Positions 20,192-31,000 of a DNA stretch of 64,000 bases are shown piece by piece; the first letter of the stretch is position 1; every line of letters starts with the position of its first letter. This DNA comes from an uncultured virus (IMG/VR IMGVR_UViG_3300017783_003463) (lineage: Duplodnaviria > Heunggongvirae > Uroviricota > Caudoviricetes). The DNA lies in the IMG/VR virus record IMGVR_UViG_3300017783_003463, positions 1 through 64,000 of that record. One strand, 5' to 3'. The notes beneath the pieces are model-generated. The model had not been told where the DNA came from and did no database searches. It saw nothing but the letters and a program-made list of their open reading frames with translations. Both the position numbers and the translations under genes were made by a program.

Positions 20192-21062
20192 CTACTATTT
20201 CATCTGTTAAAAACGTTTCATCACTATAATGAATAATTCCACTGCTGATAACGCTATTTTCTATTTGTATTTTCTTATTATTAGTTACCCAATAGTTTAA
20301 CATATCAGTCCAGTTACCCGGAGCTTCTTCTGGATTGTTAAACACACCATGTGATAATGTATGTAAGTCATAATGATTACTAAGTTTTACACCAATGTCG
20401 TCTGTGTGATCAACAAAGTGTGTAATTACATTACCTAAAACATTTTTTTGAAAATACTCTGGTTTCTTATTTGGAAACACATGATTGTATACGTCTCTCC
20501 AGTTTTGCAATACAGGGTCAGCCATTTTAAACCATTCTGCAACTGTTTCATCTTTTTTATCAAAATACATCAAGTTATAAAAATATTTAGGTAACTTGTA
20601 TTGTATTTCGTATTCGAATCGATTAACTCTTGGAATAGGAAAGTTTCTATAAGCAAGTGCGTCATTCGGAACACTAATGCCGTTCTTAGATGACATTACC
20701 GCCCAAAGATCATTTATATCAACATTTACAAATAGTGTATCATAATCAACATATATTGTTTCTTCGTAAGGAGTTGCGTGATAAACTTGCCATAAGTTCA
20801 TGCCATGAAATCCGTCTTTGTGAGCACTGTTTCCGTATGGTAATTCTATCATATAGTCAAAAGCATGTTCATAAAAACTTTGAACATTACCTAATTGACC
20901 TTTATCTACAATCAGTGTAATACTTGCATCTGGGTCGCATACTTTTATACTACATGCAAGTGCATAACAATATCGAATATTGTCTTCGCCTGTATTAATA
21001 CCTAAGGTTACAAAACCTCTATTAGGTGCATCATTGTTTTCAATTTCAATTTCTTCAGACAC
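20148..21062 (-). CDS. Putative glycosyltransferase (GT-A, GT8-like)
   Basis: YALACSIK, TPYEETIYVDYD (DxD), IIHY. Confidence 0.6.
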   Translation of the reverse strand: MSEEIEIENNDAPNRGFVTLGINTGEDNIRYCYALACSIKVCDPDASITLIVDKGQLGNVQSFYEHAFDYMIELPYGNSAHKDGFHGMNLWQVYHATPYEETIYVDYDTLFVNVDINDLWAVMSSKNGISVPNDALAYRNFPIPRVNRFEYEIQYKLPKYFYNLMYFDKKDETVAEWFKMADPVLQNWRDVYNHVFPNKKPEYFQKNVLGNVITHFVDHTDDIGVKLSNHYDLHTLSHGVFNNPEEAPGNWTDMLNYWVTNNKKIQIENSVISSGIIHYSDETFLTDEIVDVFRTNLTQRLQER

Positions 21063-21966
21063 TGGTTTCTTCTTTCGCTAAATTTAACAAAGTTTGATAG
21101 TGCCTATCTAATGCACGTTTGTTCATAATATGTAAGTTTTGATCTGTATGTCTACACAATATATTTTTCCATTGCTCTGCTCTATTGTGTTTTAAAAACA
21201 CAACATCATTCAATCCATTTACTTGTGCAATATCATCTTTTTGATCCATGTTTAGCAACGGCTGTCCCATAAAATCATGTATAAAGTCATCATTGTTCAT
21301 ACCATTCATTAGGTGTGTTGCAATGCTAACACAAAAGTCTGTTCTAAATAACATTTTAGGAAATTGGTAAAGCAGGCTATAATATTCCCAATTCTCTTTT
21401 ACATGAGCCCATATATCAAAAAATAACTTGCTTTCTTCACTTTGATCAAAATAAACTATTGTACTCCACCAATGATGTATTCCTGCTTCATTCAAAGTAA
21501 TTTCGTTTGTGTAAGGCATTTCTCCACCCACATACTGTGCGTATCTATGCATTGCAATAGGTAAATCAGTTTCAAAAATATAATTGTAAAAGTCGTTCAT
21601 TAACAAATAGTCAGTGTCTAGTAACAGTGTACGCTCGTAAGGCGTATGATTGAAAACTGTGTGTTTGTTACTATTCCAAAAAGGTGCATTAAATTCACTC
21701 CACGGACTATCCATGTGCCTTCTTATATTAGTTCTCTTTTCTGTTACACTACCGTCGATAACAACGTTATCAAATGAATCATTGACTAAACCTTTATCAT
21801 GGCTTTGATTCATCCATTCCATTGTGCCTTCGTCAGTAATAAGTGTAACAGGCATGTTTAGTTGCTTTTTTGCATAATGCGATGCTAGTATAGCAAACTT
21901 AGCATAATCTAGTTCTTCATTGTTATAGCAAAATAAACAAATGCCATTTCCTTGTTTTTCTGACAT
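21055..21966 (-). CDS. Putative glycosyltransferase (GT-A, paralogue of 20148-21062)
   Basis: TPYERTLLLDTD (DxD), FRTDFCVSIA, HIMNK. Confidence 0.6.
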   Translation of the reverse strand: MSEKQGNGICLFCYNNEELDYAKFAILASHYAKKQLNMPVTLITDEGTMEWMNQSHDKGLVNDSFDNVVIDGSVTEKRTNIRRHMDSPWSEFNAPFWNSNKHTVFNHTPYERTLLLDTDYLLMNDFYNYIFETDLPIAMHRYAQYVGGEMPYTNEITLNEAGIHHWWSTIVYFDQSEESKLFFDIWAHVKENWEYYSLLYQFPKMLFRTDFCVSIATHLMNGMNNDDFIHDFMGQPLLNMDQKDDIAQVNGLNDVVFLKHNRAEQWKNILCRHTDQNLHIMNKRALDRHYQTLLNLAKEETSV

Positions 21967-21969
21967 TCA

Positions 21970-22317
21970 CTACCAATCCATTAAACTTTTAATATTTCGA
22001 GCTTTCTTAATTTTTTCTGCTTGTACTTTGTAGGCATTACTTGCCTCGGTATACGCACTTACCATTGTTTCTAAAAATTCACTAAGATTATCTATTAATA
22101 TTGGATTCTCTTTGGTGTCTATTAGAATAGCTTCTTTCCTGTCCATATCAAGTAAAGTCTTTACGAAGCTAATGGTAACTGCATCAGCGAAAAATACGCC
22201 CTTTGCATAATGCACGGTTTGCAAAACTTGAGTTCGTTGTTTTAGAGTGCGTTTTTGATTACCTAATGTAATTCGATAATTTGCAAACTCTAACGCTTTT
22301 TCGAGTCTCTCGTCCAT
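21970..22317 (-). CDS. Hypothetical protein, first gene of modification operon
   Basis: 115 aa ORF with AAGGAG RBS upstream. Confidence 0.65.
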   Translation of the reverse strand: MDERLEKALEFANYRITLGNQKRTLKQRTQVLQTVHYAKGVFFADAVTISFVKTLLDMDRKEAILIDTKENPILIDNLSEFLETMVSAYTEASNAYKVQAEKIKKARNIKSLMDW

Positions 22318-22344
22318 ACTGAGTTTCTCCTTTAGTTATATACT

Positions 22345-22374
22345 ACTATAACTTATTTATGTGAGTTTTGTCAA
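22345..22374 (-). promoter_or_regulatory. Sigma70-like promoter (TTGACA-N18-TATAGT) with nested late-like element CATAAATA (22361-22354)
   Basis: Read on minus strand in the gap upstream of 22317. Confidence 0.6.
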
Positions 22375-22381
22375 CAGTTTT

Positions 22382-23539
22382 TTAGTAATCATCTATACTT
22401 GTGAAATCATTTACAATAGCAAATGTCGGAGCAGGTGTTACATCAAAACTAGTTGTGCCAATGGTAAGTGTATCAGGCATCAAATAACTTACAGTAGGTG
22501 TTATTGTACCGTCAACAAAGTTGTTGTGTGTAGTGTCATCTAGTACCATTTTAAATTGAACACCAGCTCCGTTATTAATATACTTTCCGTATATTTTAAA
22601 TTTTAACTGTTGATAGGTGCTATAAGCACTGTATGCACTAACATATATTGTGCTACTGTATGATCCGCCGATAATTGCAGGATCTGCCCAACCAGGATAG
22701 TTTCCAGGTCCAGTAATATATCCGTAGCCATATCCATAAGATCCATATCCATATGTACCAACTTTTCTACCTAGTGTAACGCCACTAGATGTAAACAATA
22801 GTCCTTCGTTAGTGTTTGTGTCTGATCCATCACCGTAATTTGCAGTGAGATCATAAAAGCCTTTGCCTTCACTAGTTCCACTTGTTGTTGCGGCACTTTG
22901 CGTCATAGTGTCCCAATTAAAGTTTAGTACACCCATTTCGTTAATGACATCACTCCAGTTGTAGTAACCAGCAGTCGAACCGCTTGTCATGTTTAGTGCT
23001 ACTCGTAATTGCCCACCGCCATTGAAAAAATACCTAGCTGAGTTATAATCAGCCCATTCAAATTTATGTTCACCATTCAGCTGATTATTCCAAGTTGTTG
23101 TTCTTTCATATCCTGTAGAAGTGGCGTTAAAAGCACTTGCATTGGTCGCATCTATTGTTAAATGTTTGTTGTTTAGTATAACAGTGTTAAACTTTGTTCT
23201 AACTAAGTTTAAATCTTCAGCTCTAATAGCTGTACCTGCAGAAATAGTAGTTCTATTAGCTGGTATTGCAAAAACTAAAACGTTGTCTGTCAGATCTGTG
23301 TGATTAATACTAATATTTGTTCTAGATACTAGTTCTTGTAGTCTTTCTGCTGTAATAAGAGTACCGTCAACTAGTGCATCAGCTATATTAACTGCACCCC
23401 AGCCAAATTTATGTGTTGCTATTCTATTAGCATCAGTAACAGCCGCAGTCGGATACTTGTCGCCAAAAACTTTGTTTACATCAACGGCTACAAGATTGTA
23501 TTCTTCGTTTGTTACTAAATCACCAACAGCACCAACCAT
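22382..23539 (-). CDS. Virion structural protein (baseplate/fibre-associated) with Gly/Tyr-rich insert
   Basis: Thr/Gly/Asn-rich; ARYFFNGGG; GYGSYGYGYGY insert; in tail module. Confidence 0.6.
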   Translation of the reverse strand: MVGAVGDLVTNEEYNLVAVDVNKVFGDKYPTAAVTDANRIATHKFGWGAVNIADALVDGTLITAERLQELVSRTNISINHTDLTDNVLVFAIPANRTTISAGTAIRAEDLNLVRTKFNTVILNNKHLTIDATNASAFNATSTGYERTTTWNNQLNGEHKFEWADYNSARYFFNGGGQLRVALNMTSGSTAGYYNWSDVINEMGVLNFNWDTMTQSAATTSGTSEGKGFYDLTANYGDGSDTNTNEGLLFTSSGVTLGRKVGTYGYGSYGYGYGYITGPGNYPGWADPAIIGGSYSSTIYVSAYSAYSTYQQLKFKIYGKYINNGAGVQFKMVLDDTTHNNFVDGTITPTVSYLMPDTLTIGTTSFDVTPAPTFAIVNDFTSIDDY

Positions 23540-23540
23540 C

Positions 23541-24452
23541 TTACTTCGATCCTACTACTACTTCTATTGTACCTACTTCTTCGGTAGCTTTTTCTTCTAA
23601 GGATCTACCTACTACTTCTTTCCAACTGTAGTCGTCTGGTGCAACCATTCCAACTCCGTCTGTGCCACTAGATACTACTCTATCGCCTTTACCAATTTTT
23701 CCAATAATTTTACATGGAACTCTACCTGATAGTGCTACAAATGGATGTGTAGCGTCTGTACCTGCGGAAGCATTCATTTCAAAGCCTGGTGCTGTACTAA
23801 TAATTCCAAAAACTTTGATATCGCTTGCTTCTGTTGTTTGTGTAATTTCTTTTGTGCCGCCAATTTTTACTATTGTTCCAGCCTCATATTCTGCATCTGC
23901 TTCATAACGCTCTGCAAGGTCAGCATATTCTGCACTTGTAGCAATACCTCTAAATTTATAATGTGTTGTATTGTTCATTGTTACACCGGATTGAATAGTG
24001 GGAAACTGTGTACTGAGTGCAGTAGTACCATCTTCTAGTTTTTCATCTATATGAGGTGTCCAAGCTGTTGTATCATCGCATGTGATTGTTACAATATTGC
24101 TATCAACAATCATTTCTATTGTTTTATGGAAATTTCCGCCAGTGTCTTTTCTGTTGCGGAATTCAATTTTTGTTGTACCTGCGCCACTTAACAATACACT
24201 CCAAACACCATTGTCGTAAACTTTCATTTGACTATTAGCTGTATCGTACCAAAGTTGACCTTCAGTTGGATTGCTTGGAGCAGTTCCATTGGCAAAATGT
24301 TCTAATAGGTGCAACATATTTTCGTTTAATGTTTCTCCAAAGCGTGTGTAGTTTTTACCAATCAATCCAATACTAGTACTGGTATCAATTGTTCCGTCGT
24401 TTACAACTATTGCTGTTTTACTACTTTGACTATAATCTATTGTATATGGCAT
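23541..24452 (-). CDS. Tail/baseplate protein with C-terminal intramolecular-chaperone autocleavage (peptidase G2-like) domain
   Basis: GKNYTRFGE..NEN..HLLEHFA, PTEGQLWYD; SAEYADLAERYEAD...VALSGRVPCK. Confidence 0.65.
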   Translation of the reverse strand: MPYTIDYSQSSKTAIVVNDGTIDTSTSIGLIGKNYTRFGETLNENMLHLLEHFANGTAPSNPTEGQLWYDTANSQMKVYDNGVWSVLLSGAGTTKIEFRNRKDTGGNFHKTIEMIVDSNIVTITCDDTTAWTPHIDEKLEDGTTALSTQFPTIQSGVTMNNTTHYKFRGIATSAEYADLAERYEADAEYEAGTIVKIGGTKEITQTTEASDIKVFGIISTAPGFEMNASAGTDATHPFVALSGRVPCKIIGKIGKGDRVVSSGTDGVGMVAPDDYSWKEVVGRSLEEKATEEVGTIEVVVGSK

Positions 24453-24462
24453 ATCTTATTCC

Positions 24463-25077
24463 TTACAAGTCTGCAAAACTTGATCTAATTCTTAATGTAT
24501 AAATTACCTGTATCTTTCTATTTGCACTTTTTTGTACAGGATGAAATACTACATGAGTTAACAAATCGTTGTTACCACTGTAAATTCCAAGTTCGTCAAA
24601 AACGTAATCACCGTTCATACTTGTAGCTGTATCTGTTGAATCTTGTCCAGTTACGCTACCATAATCTAATGTGCATGTTGTAACTACATCACTGAAAGTG
24701 TTAGGCGCTGTGTGAGCGATCTCTGTGCCATTTGTAGCACTTCCGCTTACAGATTCGTCAACTGCTTGACTAAATGTTTGATTGTATAAAACACCGCTAG
24801 CGGTATTAGTATTGGTTGCTTTATATGTTACTGTTCCTAATCCGTCAATGGTTGTACCGCCATTGCCAAATCGCATTGTAGCGATGTGATGTGTTCCGGA
24901 GTTACCCGCTTCGTTTGCAAGCAAACTAGCAATAGCAATACTCATATTTTCATAATTAATTGCATTTCTTCTGCGTACTAATACTTCGCCAGATTTGGGA
25001 TCCCATATTTTAATATGTCCCTCGATTCCTATTAGTGATGTATCATTTAAATTATCTAGACTCATTGTTCTTTCCAT
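24463..25077 (-). CDS. Baseplate/tail structural protein
   Basis: FGNGGT, FDELGI, LTHVVFHPVQKS..R.IQVIYTLRI; in tail module. Confidence 0.6.
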   Translation of the reverse strand: MERTMSLDNLNDTSLIGIEGHIKIWDPKSGEVLVRRRNAINYENMSIAIASLLANEAGNSGTHHIATMRFGNGGTTIDGLGTVTYKATNTNTASGVLYNQTFSQAVDESVSGSATNGTEIAHTAPNTFSDVVTTCTLDYGSVTGQDSTDTATSMNGDYVFDELGIYSGNNDLLTHVVFHPVQKSANRKIQVIYTLRIRSSFADL

Positions 25078-25084
25078 TATAATG

Positions 25085-25092
25085 TATTTATA
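25085..25092 (-). promoter_or_regulatory. T4-type late promoter TATAAATA
   Basis: Exact TATAAATA on minus strand, 7 nt before ATG at 25077. Confidence 0.65.
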
Positions 25093-28000
25093 TCGTTCCT
25101 TTGCCTACATTTCTAATGAAAGCATGTTCTGGCGTAGTTCCTGTTGCTGATAGGCTTATGCCACTATCATTATATGCTAGGCGTAGTCCATCACCATAAT
25201 GTGAGAACTTATCTACTGTTGGAATTTTTGTTGTTTGTCCACTGTTGATAACACTTGCACCGCTAGTGTGTTCTACTGCACTTGTGCCTAATGTGCCTCT
25301 TGTACAGAATAACAAGTTATTTCCGTCTACTGCATTGTATTCGATTCTTTCATTTCCAATATATACTACTCCGGGATTTGCACCTAAGGTAATATTTGGA
25401 TCATCTAGTACAGTTGCATCTGTCACTGGTATTGTTGTATCGGTTGTATTAATATCAGCAGTAGTTGTTGTTTTTTGTGCATCTACAATAGCATTACTTT
25501 CTTGTATGTTTGTTGGCATATAGTAAGCCATTCTAAACGCTCTACTATCAGATGTCACTGTACTACCACTAGCATTTGTTTGTACTAGTATGTTGATATT
25601 CTCTGTGAAATCTGTAGCTACTAGTTCTTCGCCAAAGCCTTCTAATACAGCTTGTTGGAATACATTACCGTTGTAATCATCTGAGAAACTTGCATTTGCA
25701 GTTGTAAATTCTGATTGATCAATATCACCGGTCGGTGTGCTGGTAAAGTCACCGCCAAGTAGTATAGTGTCACCTTCCCAACTTCTAATACTGTGATCTT
25801 CATAGTTGAGTGTAATAACACTGTTTCGTTCAATATCTTCTATTTCAATATTTGTAGATTCGCCATGTGTATTGCTTTCCATACTGCTTAATAATTTAGT
25901 GTGGAAAGGTTTGATACTGTTTACATATTCTTCTACAACATTTATATCGTATGATTGATACTTGTCTTTGTTTATTAGCAATGGTCTCTTAATTCCTAAA
26001 TGTGCAAATGTAGTTTTGAAAGCAAAATCGTCTGCTGTATTTTGTAATATTGCTGTAAATAATAACTTAAACCACATCTGATTATACTTAACATGATGTG
26101 TTCCAATAAAGATTTCACTTCTAAGTAGATCCATTAGTCTGCTTATAACGTTGTCGCTACATGCATCAAATGGTGTTACATCTAATCCAATAGCATCAAA
26201 TCCGTTGCCAAACTTTGACTGATTCCATATCTCTTCACTTAGTTGTACAGTTGCTTTTTCTTTAAACACAAGTTTGTCTTCACCATTGATATAATAATAC
26301 ATTTCACTTCTGTCTATGTCTGCTCCTGGGCTTGTACTTTTAACTAAAATATAACTACCATCAACTGGATCTCCAGCATTGACATAGTCTGTTCTAGTAT
26401 TGTACACAATATCAGCTACTGTGTTTGGATTAAATCTAAATGTTTCGTTTCCGTCTGTATCTGTTTCGACCAAGTGCCAGTCTACTAAGTTAGTATAATC
26501 TTTAATTTTATAGGTTACTACTCCTTCTGTAAATGCGTCGGTAAATGCATTTTCCCAATTATTAATCTCGTCAATAACATTTACAGTACTCAATAATGAG
26601 TTTACACTATGTACAAAGTTTTGTCTAGCCTCTTTTACATCTCTGAACAAACTTTGTCTTGGACGAGTTTGAAATCCATATCTGTTGTATTTGTGCAGTT
26701 TAAGATCAGGTACTGGTTGACCTCTCCAAACACTGATGTCATCAGCTTGTGTATCTTCTATAAAGTTATAATCATATACTCTACTCCAGTGACTCATATC
26801 TGTGTCTAAACTAGGTTGATTGCCTTGGTTGTTTGCTTGTAGACTTATGTAAAAGTCTGTGCCTTCTTTTACTACTTGATCATCAGCATAAACTGTTGTA
26901 TTGTTCCAAGTTGTATAAGGTTTATCGACACTAAATCTATTAAATCCAGCTAAACTATCTCTAATCTTTACATGCAAATATTCGGGTATAGTTATGTTAG
27001 GATCTTTTTCAGCAAGCATTACCCAGTCTTGCATTGGTAATGCAAGGTCAACATTTTTCTGATTAAGTTGTGCTACTGTATCTTTGTTAACGAAATTTCT
27101 AATGTTTGCCAATAATAAAGTATCATCGCCTGCTTGTGCCGACCAACTTAGGTCAAATGCATTTGGATTAAGCATTATTTGTGCTAGTTGGAAAACATTG
27201 TAATTGCTATTTCTAATACTGTTAGTTTTGTTTTTAATCCAGAAATAGTAAACAGTTTCAGTTTGTTTACTTGCTTCGTTGTAATAATTTTCTTCAGTCC
27301 AGTTGTATACGGTTTGTCCGTTTATTGTAACACTATATGCTTCACCGCTAGCTTCTTTATTATCAACTATCGCTTTTTGTGTTACTAACTCGCTCCACTG
27401 TTCTGGAGGTACAGGACTTGCTGTCCATTCGTAAATGTCTATACTTGATCCATCAAACAGTTTTCCCCAGTTATTTTGTTGATAATCTACTGTACTTTGC
27501 TCGTAGTCTAAATACACTGCGGTGCTGGTATTCCACCATCTTGCACCCAAGTATTCTCTTCCCCACTGCTCGTCATTTGTAATACTACCATCTATGTTAT
27601 TAAAATTATAGTTTGCAATATCGTTTGTAATTTTATAGTCAATCTCTTTGTCAACAAAACCAAATATAATTCCTTTAGCTGGATCGAAAACTTCTAATGT
27701 TGTGATAGTGCTTTGTTTCTCTGCATCATATAATTTAATATTTTCTATTAGATCATTTCTCGCTTGTGCAATACCTGTTCTCACTTGCTTCCAAGAACCA
27801 ATGTGACCATTGGTATCACTCCAAGTACCAGTCCAACTGTATACTGCACTTTGTCCGGTTCCATCATCATCTACATAAGCATAAATTGGATTTGCTGATA
27901 ATGCTTGCCTAACTCCTGCAAAATTGTATTTGTAAACATCATTTATTTTAATTTGTCTATCAGCTTCTAGTGCGGCATAAGTTGGGAAACGCATTTTTCT

Positions 28001-31000
28001 TAAAGGATAAATGTTACCAGTACTGCCGTTCTGTTCAATAAATTCATCAATGTAAAACTTGTTAGTTTGATTTGATACTTTGGTTACTTTGTGTATTCCG
28101 TCAATATTAGGAACGCTGTTACTTCCTCTTATTAAAATATAATCTCCAACACTCAAGTTATGTGCTTGCACATCACCTGTTTGTCTATTAACTTTTATCT
28201 CTGCATCATCTCCAGCGTCTGGACCTGCACAAATATCAAATGTGTATATACCAAAGTCCATTGTTTGATAAACTTGATATCCTAAGTTATAACTGCCAAA
28301 TTCACTGTCATCTGCAACCCATATCGCAAAAATATTTGGATCATTTGTGTCTTTTGTAAACACTGGATTGCCATTTGAATCTACTATTGCCTCAAATACT
28401 GCACTAGTTGCACTTTGCGTTGCACTCAGCGTTTGTGCAGTTATACCCACAGTTGTGTTTGCTGTACCTGCACCAATTACCATTGTACTATTTGTACTTG
28501 TAAGTCTTAGTTTGTTGCTGGCATTTGTTGCACTTACTCCGATAATGTTTGCATTATTAATTTTCTCTACAATATCAATAATATTCAACCCTACATTACT
28601 TGTAGCAGTTGTTGTACTGGCTGGTACAAGTCCACTTGGTAAACCTATTGGACTATTTGCTGTTCCTATGCCAATGAACAAGTTAGCCAGCGTTGAATTA
28701 ATTTGTAGTACGTTAGTATTACTTGTTCCCGCCGATGCAGTAATACCTGATATGCCTGCATCATTGATTTGATCTATTGTTTGTTGTAGTGATAAAGGTA
28801 GTTCTAAGTTTTGTGTATTTGATGATGAACTTATACTTTCAGTTGCTGTGCTAAATCCAACATTTGCATTTTCAGTTCCAACACTTATTGTTAATGTAAA
28901 CGTTACTGCTGGAGTGTTTGTTGTTTTAGTAATTTTTAGTCTACTACTAGCATCAGCACTTGCTGTTACATTACTAATTCCTGCATCATTTATTTCTTGT
29001 ACTATATCAGTTAGTGTATACAATTTAAAGCCGGGTGTAGTTATACTTACTACTACTGTGCTTGGTGCAAATGTAGTTGATGCATTTGCACTATCTTTGA
29101 GATATGTTGCAATATCATCAGTATATGTACCGTTGTTCATTGCGCCTTGTGAATCAGTAATATCACTGGATCCAACAATTTGAGCTCCTGATATAACTTG
29201 TGTACCTACATAGCTCGTACCTTTTATATTATTAATAATAACTAAGTCCTGGTCTAACAAAAACTCTGCAGGTTGTTGTGTACTACCGCCACCTTGAATA
29301 AGTGTAAGTAAATGACTTATATTCAATCCTGCATTATTTGTATAGTATGTTGTAATCCAAGTTGTCCATGCCGCCGCACTATTAGATGCAATGTATGCCG
29401 CTCTTAAGCCTTCTATTCTTTGTATTCTAGTTGTAGCTGAACTTGATATAGATGATTGATTTTGTATCCAACTAGTATTAAAACTATTTTCGTATGCCTG
29501 CTGGGCCGTAATGTTTGTATTTGCACTCTGTGGATCATTGAAGTTAACTGTAGTACCATCAATAATTAGTGTAGCAGTTGCACTACCTTGTATAGTTGGA
29601 TTAATAGTTGACCCTATTTTTTCAATGTCTACAAAAGTAGTTGTAGAGACAATATTAGAAAAAGTAACTGTAGTATTGATAGTAGAACTAGAACCTAGTA
29701 TTAATGTTGAACCGTGTGGCACCACATTGGTACTAGCAATGTTTACTGTACCTGGCACTTGTATAACATTTGTAGTTGTACTGGTAGCACTCTTGCTTAA
29801 TGTTATAGTGTTACCATCAATAACTAAAGTTTGCCCTGTACTTGGAATTACCGGTAATTGCACTGTACCTTTCAGTTCAATAGGATCACTAGCAGTTGCT
29901 ATTCCACTGGCGCCATCTTCATCTATCATTGACCAAGTCTTACCTTTATGTAAAACTTTTTCGTTAAACTTGTAACTTACATTACTATCCCATATACCAA
30001 TGTCCTGCCAGTCACCACTGTGGTCATATGATTCTTTTACTTCCTCTGGAAACTGTTCAAAATCTTCTTTGTTTATAACTTTGTAGTCTGCTTCACTCAG
30101 CAACGGTAAACCAGCAGTTGTATAATCTTGTGCAAATAGTTCGTCACTTGAATCTTTAAAAGTGTTTACTGGTCTTGTTAAGAAGTTATTTTCAGTACTA
30201 TCATGTACTTTAAGAGGACTAGTTGCATCAATATCAATTACGATATCACTGAGTACATCAAACTTTTGTCCTGCACTAATCCTGACAGGCTGTGGACTTG
30301 TTTTTAGTAAATCAGGAGTAATTTGAAATTCTAGTGTGCCTCTAGTAGATGTGTCTCCAAAGTCAGCAGTTCTGATTGCCCATTGCTCTAGTAGCTCTGC
30401 ACTTGCTTGACCGTCAAATAATTCTTGGTTACGCATAAATGCAGTAAGTGCATGATCTGTACCTCTGTATTTGTAACTGCCTTTGACAAATTCGTAAAGA
30501 GTGTCATCGTCAAAGTCTAAATTTTTGCTCCAGTCTGGTTTGTTATATCCTGCATTGAATCTTGCAATATCACTTAATTGTTTATTGCTTAGTGTATTTG
30601 TTCTACCTAAGTATTGATCCACTTCTCTAGCAACGGTATCATAGTTTGGTATTACAGTATTCTCATCGACAATATAACCCGGTGAATATAATTTACCATT
30701 CCAATCTTTAGTTCTACTACCTCTCCAAACTATTCTGTTGTGTCTTTGTGCAATACTAGAATCGTATATTACATCATCAAAGTTAGTAATATTATCAAAT
30801 ACAAATGCATGTTCTAGTTGTACTTTGTACAATCTTATTCCGTATAATCTAACACTGTCGGCGTCTTTAACTTGAAATACAGTTTCGCTATCAGGCTCCA
30901 TGCTTTTACGATCAATTATTAAATCTGTGCTAGATATTTGCTTGCCTTTTTCGTTAATAATATTATACACACCGTCATATTTCTTGTTAATATTATCAAA

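Noticed and set aside
28347..29975. Plus-strand Val/Leu-rich ORFs of 110-155 aa
   Set aside because: Shadows of the Thr/Asn-rich part of the 3764-aa gene; the same applies to most short opposite-strand ORFs in the track
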